Shown: positions 1-12,619, numbered from the whole stretch's first letter. The stretch is 62,929 nucleotides of DNA, filler included, from Octopus bimaculoides (GCF_001194135.2; 6 parts of 6 records of this genome joined end to end with filler, not necessarily neighbours in it), one strand, 5' to 3'. Notes: a model not told the origin generated them from the sequence alone. Translations and numbers: made by a program.

Positions 1-22
1 TATATATATATATATATATATA

Positions 23-640
23 TGAGGTCTGATCAATAAGTATCCGGACTTTTGCCATAGTCACAAAGCTAAAGCATGCAGAGTGAAGCCTCTTGGCACA
101 GATTGACTTTGAACTCTGCTGTGCATATGCACTAAGTTTTAATATTCAAACTCACTTCCACTGTTTACAGCAGTGCTTAGAAGGAAGGTGTGTAACATAT
201 GATCATCACATTGACTATGACAGTGAAAGTTGTCATGGCAACACCTGCTCAGAGGCCTAATTAAAGTTGCAGAATGTTTATGGAGAGGAGTGTATGAGCG
301 ACACACAGGTGTACAAGTGGTTCAGACATTTCCAATATAGCCGAAAAATGTTGATATTGACAAACGTTCTGGGAGACCTGCAACCAGCAGAACTGAGAAA
401 AACATTACAGATGTGTGTGCAGCTGTGAGGGGAAATTGACAAATCACATCCATGAGTTTTTAGAGGATGTGCAGATTAGTTGTGGTTCAGTTCAGTCTGC
501 TATCACTGAAGATTTGGGTATGAGACGCATGTCTGCCAAGTTTGTGCCAAAACTGCTTTCAGCTGACCAAAAAGACACTCGGGTTTCAGTTGCTCAAGAT
601 CTCCTTGATTGTGTCGAGAATGATGGAAACTTTGTGTAGG
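23..640 (+). mobile_element. mariner transposon 5' relic (left TIR plus decayed transposase N-terminus)
   Basis: Follows (TA)n and starts TGAGGTCTGATCAATAAGTATCCGGACT. Broken frame reads YGEECMS..VYKWF...KRSGRP...EDLGMRRMSAKFVPKLL (HTH plus a WVPHEL-equivalent motif). Homologous to the MITE at 46278. Confidence 0.85.
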
Positions 641-1343
641 TTCATTTGATGAGCACACAAGAATTTAAGTTGCATGGAACTGAATCAAATTATTATTAAA
701 TGATATATGTAACTCTTACCAAATGTGTTAAGAGCCACTTTCTTTCATTTATTCACTCACTTGTATACATGCATATGTACATACACACGTACATATGTAC
801 ATACAAGCATACATACATACATACATACATAGAGAGAGAGAGTAATGGAAATAAATGAAATTAAGCTTGATATAAGTATATCTAAATGAAGTACAAAGAA
901 ATGCAAAATAAAAGTACGGAATAAGATAAGAAAATATGTAATTTTATAACTCAACAGCTGTTTCAAGAAACCTGGGTTTATATAACAATCATAATAACCA
1001 TAAATTGCAGATGAAATGTACAAAAACTTATGGCCATGTAACAGGTTGCACATTTCATCAGCAGTTTATAATTATTATAATCATTACATAACTCCAAGTT
1101 ATGAAATTCCATATTTTCTTTTCCTATTCTGTACTTTCATTTTATATCTTTTATATTCCATGTAATATCTATATCAAGCCTAACTGTTTATCTTCATTAC
1201 TACCTTCATATCAGCTCCATTTGGATTTCTGTTATAGTTATCCTTTTGAGTACGATGTGTTTTTTATACTAAACATACCCAGCTCTCACCTATTGTTTGT
1301 CTATCTATATCTATTTACCTATCAGTCTGTCTGTTTGTCTGTC

Positions 1344-1374
<31 letters not shown>

Positions 1375-1380
1375 AATTGA

Positions 1381-1916
1381 TAGATAGATAGATAGATACA
1401 TTTCTTTTATTAGCCACACAGGCTCAACAAAGATGGGACAAATACAATGTAGAGCTTTTCTTTTTGGGAGGGGGAAGAAAAAAAAAGGAGGGGTGTGTCG
1501 ATCAAAAGGGATCGTAGGAAGGGAAAAGGGGGGGGGAGTTCGATCAAAAGGGATCAAGGGGGAAAAAAAAAAAAAAGCGAACAATAGGGATCGTGTATCA
1601 CAGTAATGTTCTCGTGTAAAAGAGGGGAGGACAGTTTAGGTTTTTTTCTTTCCACGGCTAAACCTAAACTGTCCTCCCCTCTTTTACACGAGAACATTAC
1701 TGTGATACACGATCCCTATTGATCGCTTTTTTTTTTTCTCGATCCCTTTTGATCGAACTCCCCCCTTTTTCCTTTCCTACGATCCCTTTTGATCGACACA
1801 CCCCTACTTTTTTTTTTTCTTCCCCCTCCCAAAAAGAAAAGCTCTACATTGTATTTGTCCCATCTTTGTTGAGCCCTGTGTGGCTAATAAAAGAAATGTA
1901 TCTATCTATCTATCTA
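1381..1916. repeat. near-perfect ~260-bp inverted repeat (foldback) with 18-nt spacer
   Basis: Arm 1381-1642 is the reverse complement of arm 1661-1916 apart from a few substitutions and homopolymer indels. Both outer ends are AATAAAAGAAATG-(TATC)n tails. Confidence 0.95.
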
Positions 1917-2928
1917 TACACACACACACATACATGCATATATGTGTGCTTGTGTTTCGTTGTCTCGACATTGCAAGATAGGCACGAACAGACATGAATA
2001 CTCTGTTGTCCATCCCTCTCTCATCCATGATGCTCAATTATTTAAATTCTGTTGAATTAATCATCTGTTATCTTATAGCTTCAAGATTTCAATGGTGTGT
2101 TTGTATATTTTTAGAATGACATTGTAGGATAGGTGTGAGAGGTTGGATCTAGTCAGTTTTAACATAAAACAGATGGAATTATGGCCAGATTAAATGCTAA
2201 GTAGCCTAGAGCAACAAGAAATGAAGTGCCCAACTCAAAGGAACATTGCACTACTCCATACAGGAATTGAAGTCACAATAATCCAGAAACTGTAACCAAT
2301 AAGCCACATGCTTTCATAGAAATATGATAACAGTGAAATTAGAGAGCTAAAATACCAATATTGTGAGGTGTTCTTCCTGGCATAGTTTATTGCTCAGTTT
2401 ACTAGGCTAATACTTTGGTATCACTTAGAGTTCATAGTTGAATACTTAGAAGTATGAAAGTTTTAAGCTGTAAAAAGCCTAGAACCAAGAATACGTGAAT
2501 ATCAGAATTGTTTCCAAATCATTTCACTTATGCTAGGACTAAAAGCTAGTTGTAAAATCTCATAAAACATTTTTTACATCCTGATATTTCTAACTAATTC
2601 ATGTATTGTTTATCTGGGAGCTCTGTAAGAGTATGAGATACAGTTCTTTGAAAGCCAAAACTGTGGTGTACTTCCAAAACCCAGGTGAAGCCATTTCCTT
2701 TTACTTTCAGTATAAATACCTTTGGGGTAAAACATAAATGTCACAATCCACATTTCCTTTTCCATAAAACATAGAACCTATGTCCCTAATCTAAAAGTAA
2801 CCAATATTTTACATTGTTTCTATAATAGGATATGGAGTAATGGTGTAATTAATAATGATATTTCATAGTTTTGATAATAATATTTTCATAGTTTCTCTTC
2901 TTTACCCAAAATTTAATCTGTTTTGCAG

Positions 2929-3103
2929 ACTATTTGGCGGTCTTATAGCAGATGTAAAACGGAAAGTAAAGTGGTATGCGAGTGACTATAAAGATGCACT
3001 ACATTTACAATGTATCGCCAGTATTATATTTCTCTACCTTGCTACACTAACACCAAATGTAACATTTGGAGGACTTTTGGGTCAAGCCACTGATCAGTAC
3101 ATG
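2929..3103 (+). CDS. SLC4: SLC4 bicarbonate transporter exon (entry into TM1)
   Basis: Acceptor ttttgcAG|A and donor ATG|GTAAGT. Encodes (R)LFGGLIADVKRKVKWYASDYKDALHLQCIASIIFLYLATLTPNVTFGGLLGQATDQYM, the SLC4 'RLFGGL...ITFGGLLG' motif. Ends in phase 0. Confidence 0.95.
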
Positions 3104-3538
3104 GTAAGTTCATGATAAATGGATTATTGATTATTTTTGTATTTATTTTCCTTACTGTTAATTATGGACTTAACATGTTTTTATTGAAGTAACAATCAGT
3201 AGATTGATTCTAAAATAGATGAGTCTTCCTTAATGGCTCGTTTGAAGCTAAATTTGTTGTAACTGATGCAGAAATACTTAGAACTATTAAAATACAGGTT
3301 TGATGCTGTTAGAATTGATCTATGGAATAAAGCATTGTTTTTATATCTGTTGTGAAAGATGTTTATAACTAAAAGCAAAGATGGTGGAACAATCAGCTCA
3401 GTGAGCTGTAGAGATCATATGCTGCACCGATATTGCCCTTTTTCAATGGCCACTGATCCTGGAATGACTGACTGCAAAGCAAATATTTTCTTCAGTCTAA
3501 GGTTAAATTGTTTTTATTACAAATTGACATAAAAACAT

Positions 3539-3694
3539 AGGAGTGGCTTGTGGTAAGTAGCTTGCTTACCAACCACATGGTTCCGGGTTCAGTCTCACTC
3601 TGTGGCACCTTGGGCAAGTGTCTTCTACTATAGCCTCGGGCCGACCAAAGCCTTGTGAGTGGATTTGGTAGACGGAAACTGAACGAAGCTTGTC

Positions 3695-3728
<34 letters not shown>

Positions 3729-3920
3729 ATATGTTTGTGTGTCTGTATTTGTCCTCCCAACACTGCTTAACATCCGATGGTGGTGTGTTTACATCCCCGT
3801 AACTTAGCGGTTTGGCAAAAGAGACGAATAGAATAAGTACCAGGCTTACAGAGATTTTCTCGACTAAAGGCGGTGCTCCAGCATGGCCACAGTCAAATGA
3901 CTGAAACAAGTAAAAGAGTA
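3539..3920 (+). mobile_element. SINE family A (tRNA-like head, (AAAGAGTA)n tail)
   Basis: Head ...CATGGTTCCGGGTTCAGTC, an internal (TA)n/(TG)n tract, and tail CAGTCAAATGACTGAAACAAGTAAAAGAGTA. Homologous copies occur throughout the window. Confidence 0.8.
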
Positions 3921-4204
3921 TATATATATATATATATATATATAATGTACACCTGCTTGTTTTTCCGTCTCCTGTTTTTTGTTTTCTGTAAATTTGAACT
4001 CTGTGTGTGTGTGTAAACACATCCATACACACACATATATATAGGCAGGTTGATAGACACATTACCAGCCTCTCAAAGTGTTCTGTCCTTCTAGAGTAGA
4101 ACAACTTTCCACTCTAGAGAGCACTGAAGATTTATTTCTAGCAGTGGCGCAGTTCAGAACTCACTATATTTGATAGGTCAAACCTAGTGCTTAATTGCTG
4201 CTTT

Positions 4205-4920
4205 ATCACGACCTTCAAACATTAGGCCTCACCGAGGCAATGATTAGTGACTGAGACCTTTGGAAATATGCTATGCTTGAGAAGACCCAGCAAGCCAAGT
4301 GAGACCATAACCTGTGGCCTATGCCAGTGGTGTAACCAGCCCACTTCGGCATACCTTTCTTTCATTGGACACTAAACTCTGCTTATGAAGACTTGTTGAG
4401 GCAAGTAAAATCGAAATCAAATTCGATGACAGCACTGCATGACTGGCATCCATGCTAGTGGAGCACTGAGAGCACCATCTGAGCATGATCATTGTCAGGG
4501 GTGCTGACTGGCCCCCGTGCCGGTAGCACGTAAAAAGCACCATTCAAGCGTGATCGCTTATATATCACATCATTCTTTAATGTCTGTTTTCCTTGCTAGC
4601 ATGGGTTGGACAGTTTAACCAGAGTTGGGAAGCTGCATCGAGTTCCTGTCTGATTTGGTATGGTCTTTATTGGCTGGATGCCCTTCCTAACACCAACCAC
4701 TTTGCAGTATGTGCTGGGTGCTTTTAATGTTCCACTGGCACAAGCACTTTTACATGGCACTGGCATGAGAACTTATTACTTAGCACTGGCGTGGTTGCTT
4801 TTTACAAGGCACCAGCACAGGACTTTTGAAGGCCAGTCCTCTTCACCAGGGAATGTGGACTTAACACTTCTGCTATGGAGGACAAGTCTTTTTGAGTACA
4901 GCAAGGCACTACCCAACTTG
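4205..4920. mobile_element. two decayed RTE LINE 3' fragments in opposite orientation
   Basis: 4205-4558 (+) and about 4565-4920 (-) match the RT end and 3' UTR of the element at 6043-7945. Confidence 0.6.
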
Positions 4921-5738
4921 AAGGTAGTGCCTCAGTAAGGTTGCAGTCAAATTACTCAAATTTCTGAAATTAGTAAAAGATTTTATGCAAAGTCAGTAAC
5001 TCTTGATGTTCAAAAACAGTAAAAATTTACACAAAAATCTTAACACAAAGTTATGTCTTTAAATATTAAATATATACAGACCAATAATACTAAAGTCACA
5101 GCTAATGTATTTCAATGGAGTTTTTAACACACCAAAGTTCCAGTTAACAAACTATGCCAAACATTAATTGAAAACAGATGAATACTTGTGTCTTCATTTA
5201 CTGTTATGATTTGGAAATGATTCCATCTGTTCTTGTACATATTTGTTCTTGTTGCTTTCCTTTGTAACAATGATTCAAATATGAAATAGAATTGCTGTTG
5301 ATTCTCTCTTGGTAAACTCTAATACGTTGGTTCTGATTACAGAATGCTAACTTAACTATTACCTTTCAATTTTTATGCAGATGGCATCACTGAGTTATTT
5401 ATTCATTAAACAATTCTATTTTTTTTTTATTGTAACCAGTGTATTAACAATCTTGTATTTTTACTTAGTGATTCTTCCATTGCCACTTTGGCAATTACTG
5501 AGAAGATTATGATTAACTGTTGAGATCATAATAAGAAAGAAACATGTCCATAAATGTTCTATATACTTATCAAAATTAGTGAAATAATGCTAGTCATTGA
5601 CTGATATTTATCTTTGCTGCATAATTATTTCTAGTTAACTTTATGGTGTTTACTGCATAGAATACATTAATACTAACTAAACTGAAGTTTTTACACTGTG
5701 CTTAAGAATCAATATTAAGAACAACTTTTCATTATCAG

Positions 5739-5872
5739 GGAACAATGGAATGTATCTTGACTGCTGCCATTACTGGAGTTGCATATGCATTATTTTCTGG
5801 ACAACCACTGAATATTTTAGGGAGCACAGGTCCAATGTTAGTCCTGGAGATGATACTTTACTCTTTCTGCAA
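5739..5872 (+). CDS. SLC4: SLC4 exon (TM2-TM4)
   Basis: Acceptor attatcAG|GGA and donor AA|GTAAGA. Encodes GTMECILTAAITGVAYALFSGQPLNILGSTGPMLVLEMILYSFC(K), containing the SLC4 'GQPL..LGSTGP' motif. Missed by the ORF track. Phase 0 in, phase 2 out. Confidence 0.95.
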
Positions 5873-6042
5873 GTAAGATTTAATCAAATATATTCATACC
5901 ACCATAATTATGGTTCACTGATCTGTACTTAGACACACAAACCATATATATACACGTGTATGTATGTATGTATGTATGCATGTATGTATGTATGTACGTA
6001 AGTATGTATGTATATGTAAGTATATGCATGTGTTTGTGTGTG

Positions 6043-7945
6043 TCATCATCATCATTGTTGTTTAACATCTGCTTTCCATGCTGGTATGGGTTGGATGGTT
6101 TGACTGACAACTGGCAAGCCGGGAGGCAGTACCAGGCTCCAGTTTCATTTGGCAAGGTTTCTACAGCTGGATGCCAACCACTGCTAGACTGTAGCGGGTG
6201 CTTTTTTCCATGCCACCGGCATCAGAGCCAGTAAAGCAGCACTGGCATTGGCCATGCTCAAATGGTGCACTTTACATTCCACTGGCACGAGTGCCAGTCA
6301 GGCTGCACTGGCATTGGCTGCACTCCGATGGTGCTTTTTACATGCCCTTGGCATGGGTGACAGTCATGCAGCACTGTTATCGGCCACTGGCACTAGCATC
6401 AGCCACAACATATCACCCAATGCTTGAAGGGTGCTTTTAAATGGGCCAGTTATGCAACACTGGCATCAGCCACAACTACGATCTCACTGGGCTCGCCAGG
6501 TCTTCTCAAGCATGGCTTTTCGCCAAAGGTCTTGGTTGCTTGTCATTGCCTCTGTGAGGCCCAATATTCAAAAGTTATGCTTCACCACCTCATCCCATGT
6601 CTTCCTGGGTCTACCTCTTCCACAGGTTCCTTCTACTGCTTGGGTGTGACACTTCTTCAAACATCTGTCCTCATCCATATGCACCACATGACCATACCAG
6701 CACATTCGTCTCTCTTGTACACCACAATTGATGCTTCCTATATCCAACTTTTATCTCAGGATGCTTACACTCTGTCGTGTATGCACACTGACATTACACA
6801 TCCAGTGAAGCATACTAGCTTCATTTCTTTCAAGCCTACACATGTCCTCAGTAGTCAGCTCGTGTTGCACTGCCATGTAGCATGGTTGTTCGCACACAGG
6901 CATCATACAGTCTACCTTTCACTCTGAGTGAATGGCCCTTTGTTACAGCAGCTCTCTGAACTTTGCCCAGCCTTTTCTTATTCTAACAGCTACACTTTCA
7001 GAACATTAACCCCCGCTACTGACTTGGTCACCTAGGTAATGGAAGCTATCAGTTACTTCTAGTTTTTTTTTCCCTGGCATGTGATGGAATCTGTTTTCTT
7101 TACATTTTCGGTTTTTATTGCACCTATGCATCTTCCACACACAAAAGTTATGTGTGCATCTTCCACACACAAAAATTATCTTCCCAATTAACCTTCCTTT
7201 GATATTGCTGCACCTCTTATGTGTCCATAGCTTACACTGGGTACATCTTATGGAGTTTCTACCTATGCCTTTTCTACAGGTTGAGCAGGGCCATCTACCT
7301 GAAGGGATTTATGATTTGTCCACCTTCCTACTTACTAAGGCTTTGGTTTTTGCTCGGTTAACTGTAGGCCCTTCAATTCTAGATCTTGCTTCCACACCTG
7401 AAACTTCTCTAGTTCTGGTAGCGACTTAGCTATGAGAGCAAGGTCATCAGCATAGAGGAGCTCCCAGGGGCAGCCTGTCTTGAATTCCTCTGTTATTGCC
7501 TGGAGGACTTTGATGAACAAGAGGGGCTGAGGATTGATCCTTGGTGAACCCCTACTCCTACCCGGAATTCCTCGCTATACTCATTGCTAACCCTCACCTT
7601 GTAAAGCTCTCACCAACCACTCCTCTATCCCTAGTTTCCACATTGACGACAAGATAAGGGATTGGGGGGCTCTGTCAAAGGCTTTTTCCATGTCAACAAA
7701 CGCTAAGTACCGAGGTTTATTTTTGGCTAGGAATTTCTCCTGCAGCTGTCTTATTAGAAATATAGCATCAGCTGTGCTTCTCCCTGACACAAACCCAAAC
7801 TGCATCTCATCTAAACTAACTCTGTCCCTAATTAGTTCGGCTATGACCCTCTCTGTGACTTTCATCACATGATCCAACAATTTGACACCTCTAATTACTT
7901 CTGTCTAAGCCATCACCTTTACCTTTGTAGCAGTTGACTATGTCT
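6043..7945 (-). mobile_element. 5'-truncated RTE-clade LINE (decayed reverse transcriptase, 3' UTR, (GAT)n tail)
   Basis: Minus-strand frames give QFGFVSGRSTADAIF, AFVDMEKAFDR, GVHQGSILSPLLF, LLYADDLAL, a Cys-rich C..C...C...HKRC insert and WYGHV...GRGRPRKTW, with frameshifts and stops. Confidence 0.93.
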
Positions 7946-8412
7946 CATAACCTTTTAGATTTGTAGCGGGCCAGATGAAAGATGTGATATCAGGTTGATA
8001 TGATGTAGCCCACTACTAAATGTAGCATGTAGATGTAAGGCTTGAAGGTTCTCACATCGGAGTAACCAGTGAACATCAAAGAATCAACACCAAGAAGGAA
8101 GAAATATTATTTACATATATTTATTCATTTGCCTGATAGTGATAGTGACAACAAGGTTGGCTCGCTGGTTAGTAGTTGACAGTGTAGAAAAAAAATTGTC
8201 TGTCAGTAGAGAGTGAAAGAATAAGGAATGCACGGTGCTGACTAGAAAGGAAGAAAGGAAGGATAAAGGTGGCATCGCTTATCTTGTGGCGAAAAGCCTC
8301 TCTTCACATGTTGAGTTGAGGGCGAAGGGGAGTGCTGTTCTTGGTTGAAGCTGAAGCAAAAGTAGGTGCTGCTTGTTGGTCTGGCTGACATAAAAGAGAG
8401 GATGTTGCTTCT

Positions 8413-8641
8413 TATTTCTTTGTTGCCCACAAGGGGCTAAACATAGAGGGGACAAACAAGGACAGACAAAGGGATTAAGTCAATTACATCGACCCTAGTG
8501 CGTAACTGGTACTTAATTTATCGACCCCGAAAGGATGAAAGGCAAAGTCGACCTTGGTGGAATTTGAACTCAGAACGTAACGGCAGACGAAAGACCGCTA
8601 AGCAGCTCGCCCGGCGCACTAACGTTTCTGCCAGTTCGCCA
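8413..8641 (-). mobile_element. SINE family D (young copy)
   Basis: Reverse complement reads GGCGAACTGGCAGAAACGTTAG...GAGTTCAAATTCC (A/B-box-like) and ends ...GGGCAACAAAGAAAT. Homologous to 20446-20635 and 26290-27080. Confidence 0.75.
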
Positions 8642-8979
8642 AGAAGGTGTTGCTTCTTGGTTACAGCTGACATAAGAGAAAGAGATAGGAAATTCTCTGT
8701 TATATAGACTATGGGTCAGTAATGTAGGTCAAACCCCAAGCAAAGGACTGACCTTTCCTTGACTAGCATATGTCCTAGGGGGTCGAGTGTTTCCTCATCA
8801 ATCATTTAATGTAGAGAGGATTCCCTGCTCGTTTTGACAAGCAACAAGTGGGTGGATTTGGTTTCAAATCTCAGGCAAAGTCTAGCTAGGTCCCTACAAG
8901 TTATTCTTATACCACAAAATATTTTGACTTCATACAAGTATAACTGTAGTGATAAATACTTCTAGGATTGCTGCTGTTA

Positions 8980-9210
8980 TTCTTTTACTTGTTTCAGTCA
9001 TTTGACTGCAGCCATGCTGGAGCACTGCCTTGAAAGGTTTTAGTCAAATAAATTGACCCCAGGACTTTTTATTTTCAAGCCTAATACTTATTCTATCAGT
9101 CTCTTTTGCCATACTGCTAAGTTACAGCGACATAAACACACCAGCACCAGTTGTCAAGTTGGGGGACATAGACACAAAAACACACACAGATATATACATA
9201 TACTTACACA

Positions 9211-9245
<35 letters not shown>

Positions 9246-9388
9246 CAGGCTTCTTTCAGTTTCTGCTTACCAAATCCAGTCACAAGGCTTTGGCTGGCCT
9301 GACCCTCTAGTAGAAGACACTTGCCCAAAGTGCCAGGCAGTGGAACTGAATCTGGAGCCATGTGGTAGGGAAGCAAGTTTCTTACTGG
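8980..9388 (-). mobile_element. SINE family A copy
   Basis: Reverse-complement homology to 3539-3920 over its length, with an internal (CA)n tract. Confidence 0.8.
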
Positions 9389-9660
9389 TGCAATTAAATT
9401 TGATATTTTGTATTTCAAATGGCATCAACTATAGAGTCTCTTGGATCGCTTTATATAATACATTTTATGGAATCTTTGTACATTTGAAGTAATTAACAAT
9501 TAGCTGTTATTTTATTTTTTCAGTATCTTACAAGAAAAATTCATGTGTAGAAGGTTTTATTGCAAATTATACAGAAATGCCTGTTTTACAAAAATAAATA
9601 AATAGAAATGAAATACTTTGAGAATCTAATACAGCATATATTTTCATATTCTACTTGCAG

Positions 9661-10195
9661 AGAAAGAAATCTGGATTTCCTACCATTAAGATGTTGGATT
9701 GGATTGTGGACAACTCTAATCCTATTATTGGTGGTGGCTTTTGATCTGAGTGCTTTAGTTAGATACATAACTCGTTTTACTGAAGAAAGCTTTGCTTGCT
9801 TGATTGCCATTATCTTCATTGCTGAAGCCTTTAAGAAGATAATTGGCATAAATGCTGACTACAAACTTCATACAAATGTGCCGGACACCAGCGTTGAATG
9901 TATGTGTCTGTTGCTTCCAAACAATACTGCAAACAGTACAGCAAACAATACTGCAAGCAATATTACAAACAATATTGAAAGCAATTTCTCACTGCCCTTT
10001 GATAATATAACAGAAACAATACCAATTGATAATGAGTTTACTAAACTCAATTGTTCCAGCATTGGTGGTAAAATCACTGGTGACTGTGTCTTCATGCCTG
10101 ATGCCTTTCTCTTATCAATTCTGCTGTTCATTGGGACATTTACCATTGCAAATACCTTACAAAGCTTTAAGACCAGTCGTTTTTTTCCAACTTGG
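9661..10195 (+). CDS. SLC4: SLC4 exon (TM4-TM6 with large glycosylated extracellular loop 3)
   Basis: Acceptor acttgcAG|A and donor TGG|GTATGT; 535 nt, phase 2 in and phase 0 out, fitting both neighbours. Encodes ERNLDFLPLRCWIGLW...YITRFTEESFACLIAIIFIAEAFKK...FMPDAFLLSILLFIGTF...FKTSRFFPTW. Confidence 0.96.
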
Positions 10196-10249
10196 GTATG
10201 TATGTAAATGTTATTTGGCTGCATTTTATTTGATATGCAAAATATGGTA

Positions 10250-11478
10250 CAAGGTGTTTGGGCTAAATTCGACAGTTTGCATAAAAGAAAATACAATTTT
10301 CCATCCAAAAATAAAAGTATTTTTAAAAAATTCAAAATTTTCAACTAAATTATGACTGGCAGATAACAGTTTATTCAAAGTAGCCTCCTTCAGTTTCCAA
10401 CCTCAAGATGACTCTGGAACCTGGAGCATGCATTTGTCACTGTGTCCCTAGTCTCTGGGAAGTTCTGTGAACACCTTGATTATGTCCATCAACTTACAGG
10501 TGGAGTGTGCCCCACACATAGTAATCCATCTAATTACAATTGGAGAAATTAGGAGGCCAGAAAATGGGGCTGGCAAAGTCATAGAAATTCTTTGACAACC
10601 ACATCTGACCCTTTCCAGAAATATAGCAAGGAGCCAAATCCTGCTACTACATATATGACATTCCAACAGTGACACTCTCCATTCAGGGTTTGACTACAAT
10701 CTCTAGCAGCTTCGCATAGGTGTCTGAATTGAGCCTAAGGCTCTATTCATCAGTTGTTGGATGAATTTCAGCTTGCAGACACACTCAGAATGGCTGCTGG
10801 CCGCAGCTTCATAATCTCTGTTGCAGTAGTCCATGTGACATTTTTACAGCCTTTACAGTGTTCACAAGTGGAGGCGCAATGGCCCAGTGGTTAGGGCAGC
10901 AGACTCGCGGTCATAGGATCACGGTTTCGATTCCCAGGCCGGGCGTTGTGAGTGTTTATTGAGCGAAAACACCTAAAGCTCCACGAGGCTTCGGCAGGGG
11001 ATGGTGGCGAACCCTGCTGTACTCTTTCACCACAACTTTCTCTTACTTCCTGTTTCTGTTGTGCTTGTAATTCAAAGGGTCAGCCTTGTCACACTGTGTC
11101 ACGCTGAATATCCCCGAGAACTACGTTAAGGGTACACATATCTGTGGAGTGCTCAGCCACTTGCACGTTAATTTCACGAGCAGGCTGTTCCGTTGATCGG
11201 ATCAATTGGAACCCTCGACGTCGTAAACGACAGAGTGCCAACACACAGTATTCACAGAGCAATGAGCAGCAGTCATAATGTCAGCACTTTGATACCTGGT
11301 GCAAATCATCATGATATACGCAACTCTTTTCCAATATTCAGATAGCTTCCAGTTCTCCTTGTCAGTTAACTTTTTCTCAACTACAACTTTAATTTTTATG
11401 ATCTCCAATGCCATTCATTGGGAAGCAGCTCCTGAAAAAAGAAAACAAAAGTTGCTCAAATTTAGCCCAAACACCCTG
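10250..11478 (-). mobile_element. internally deleted Tc1/mariner-superfamily transposon (maT/DD37D-like) with nested SINE
   Basis: TA duplications at 10248-49 and 11479-80. The 20-bp TIRs CA(A/G)GGTGTTTGGGCTAAATT differ by 1 mismatch. Minus strand gives a decayed QDLAPCY...MWLSKNF...FWPPNFSNCN*MDYYVWG (cf. QDGAPAH and WPPNSPDLNPLDY). Confidence 0.85.
10868..11244 (+). mobile_element. SINE family B (tRNA-derived) with 12-bp target-site duplication
   Basis: A box TGGCCCAGTGG and B box GGTTTCGATTCC. Flanked by ACAGTGTTCACA (10855-66) and ACAGTATTCACA (11245-56). Homologous to 37886-38258. Confidence 0.88.
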
Positions 11479-11874
11479 TAAATAATAGCTTTATTTTACT
11501 TCCTCTGATTGTTCTCAATGATGGTGAATGGTTCAAAGAAATGATATAAACAAAGGACTAAATTCTTTGCAGTATTAAGTTGCGTATCTTAATGTTCTGA
11601 GTTCAGATTCTGACTTTACTCTCTGTTATTTGGATCAGTGAAATATTCTTCAGACAAAGACTGAAGACAATTAAATTTACTATATCTCTCTTCCGCAAAG
11701 TTTTAGTAATGATAAAATGTGAGAAGGTGCTTCTGGATACACCTATCCCTTAGATGGTTTTCATACATCTAACTTATATCTTGAATAACATATATATTTC
11801 TGACTAAGAAGCCCTAGCCAGACATAAAGCCAGCACATATTGGAGCAAATAACAATAGAAGCATCCTTTACATA

Positions 11875-11919
<45 letters not shown>

Positions 11920-12511
11920 NNNNNNNNNNNNNNNNNNNNNNNNNNNNNNNNNNNNNNNNNNNNNNNNNNNNNNNNNNNNNNNNNNNNNNNNNNNNNNNNN
12001 NNNNNNNNNNNNNNNNNNNNNNNNNNNNNNNNNNNNNNNNNNNNNNNNNNNNNNNNNNNNNNNNNNNNNNNNNNNNNNNNNNNNNNNNNNNNNNNNNNNN
12101 NNNNNNNNNNNNNNNNNNNNNNNNNNNNNNNNNNNNNNNNNNNNNNNNNNNNNNNNNNNNNNNNNNNNNNNNNNNNNNNNNNNNNNNNNNNNNNNNNNNN
12201 NNNNNNNNNNNNNNNNNNNNNNNNNNNNNNNNNNNNNNNNNNNNNNNNNNNNNNNNNNNNNNNNNNNNNNNNNNNNNNNNNNNNNNNNNNNNNNNNNNNN
12301 NNNNNNNNNNNNNNNNNNNNNNNNNNNNNNNNNNNNNNNNNNNNNNNNNNNNNNNNNNNNNNNNNNNNNNNNNNNNNNNNNNNNNNNNNNNNNNNNNNNN
12401 NNNNNNNNNNNNNNNNNNNNNNNNNNNNNNNNNNNNNNNNNNNNNNNNNNNNNNNNNNNNNNNNNNNNNNNNNNNNNNNNNNNNNNNNNNNNNNNNNNNN
12501 NNNNNNNNNNN

Positions 12512-12548
<37 letters not shown>

Positions 12549-12619
12549 ATGTAAGTGTATACATCTATATCTATATATATATATATATATATATATCTAT
12601 ATATATATACATGTATAGG

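Noticed and set aside
10868-10945. tRNA gene
   Set aside because: A and B boxes are present, but the sequence continues into a repeated SINE body with a TSD and forms no clean cloverleaf. The same applies to the other SINE heads.
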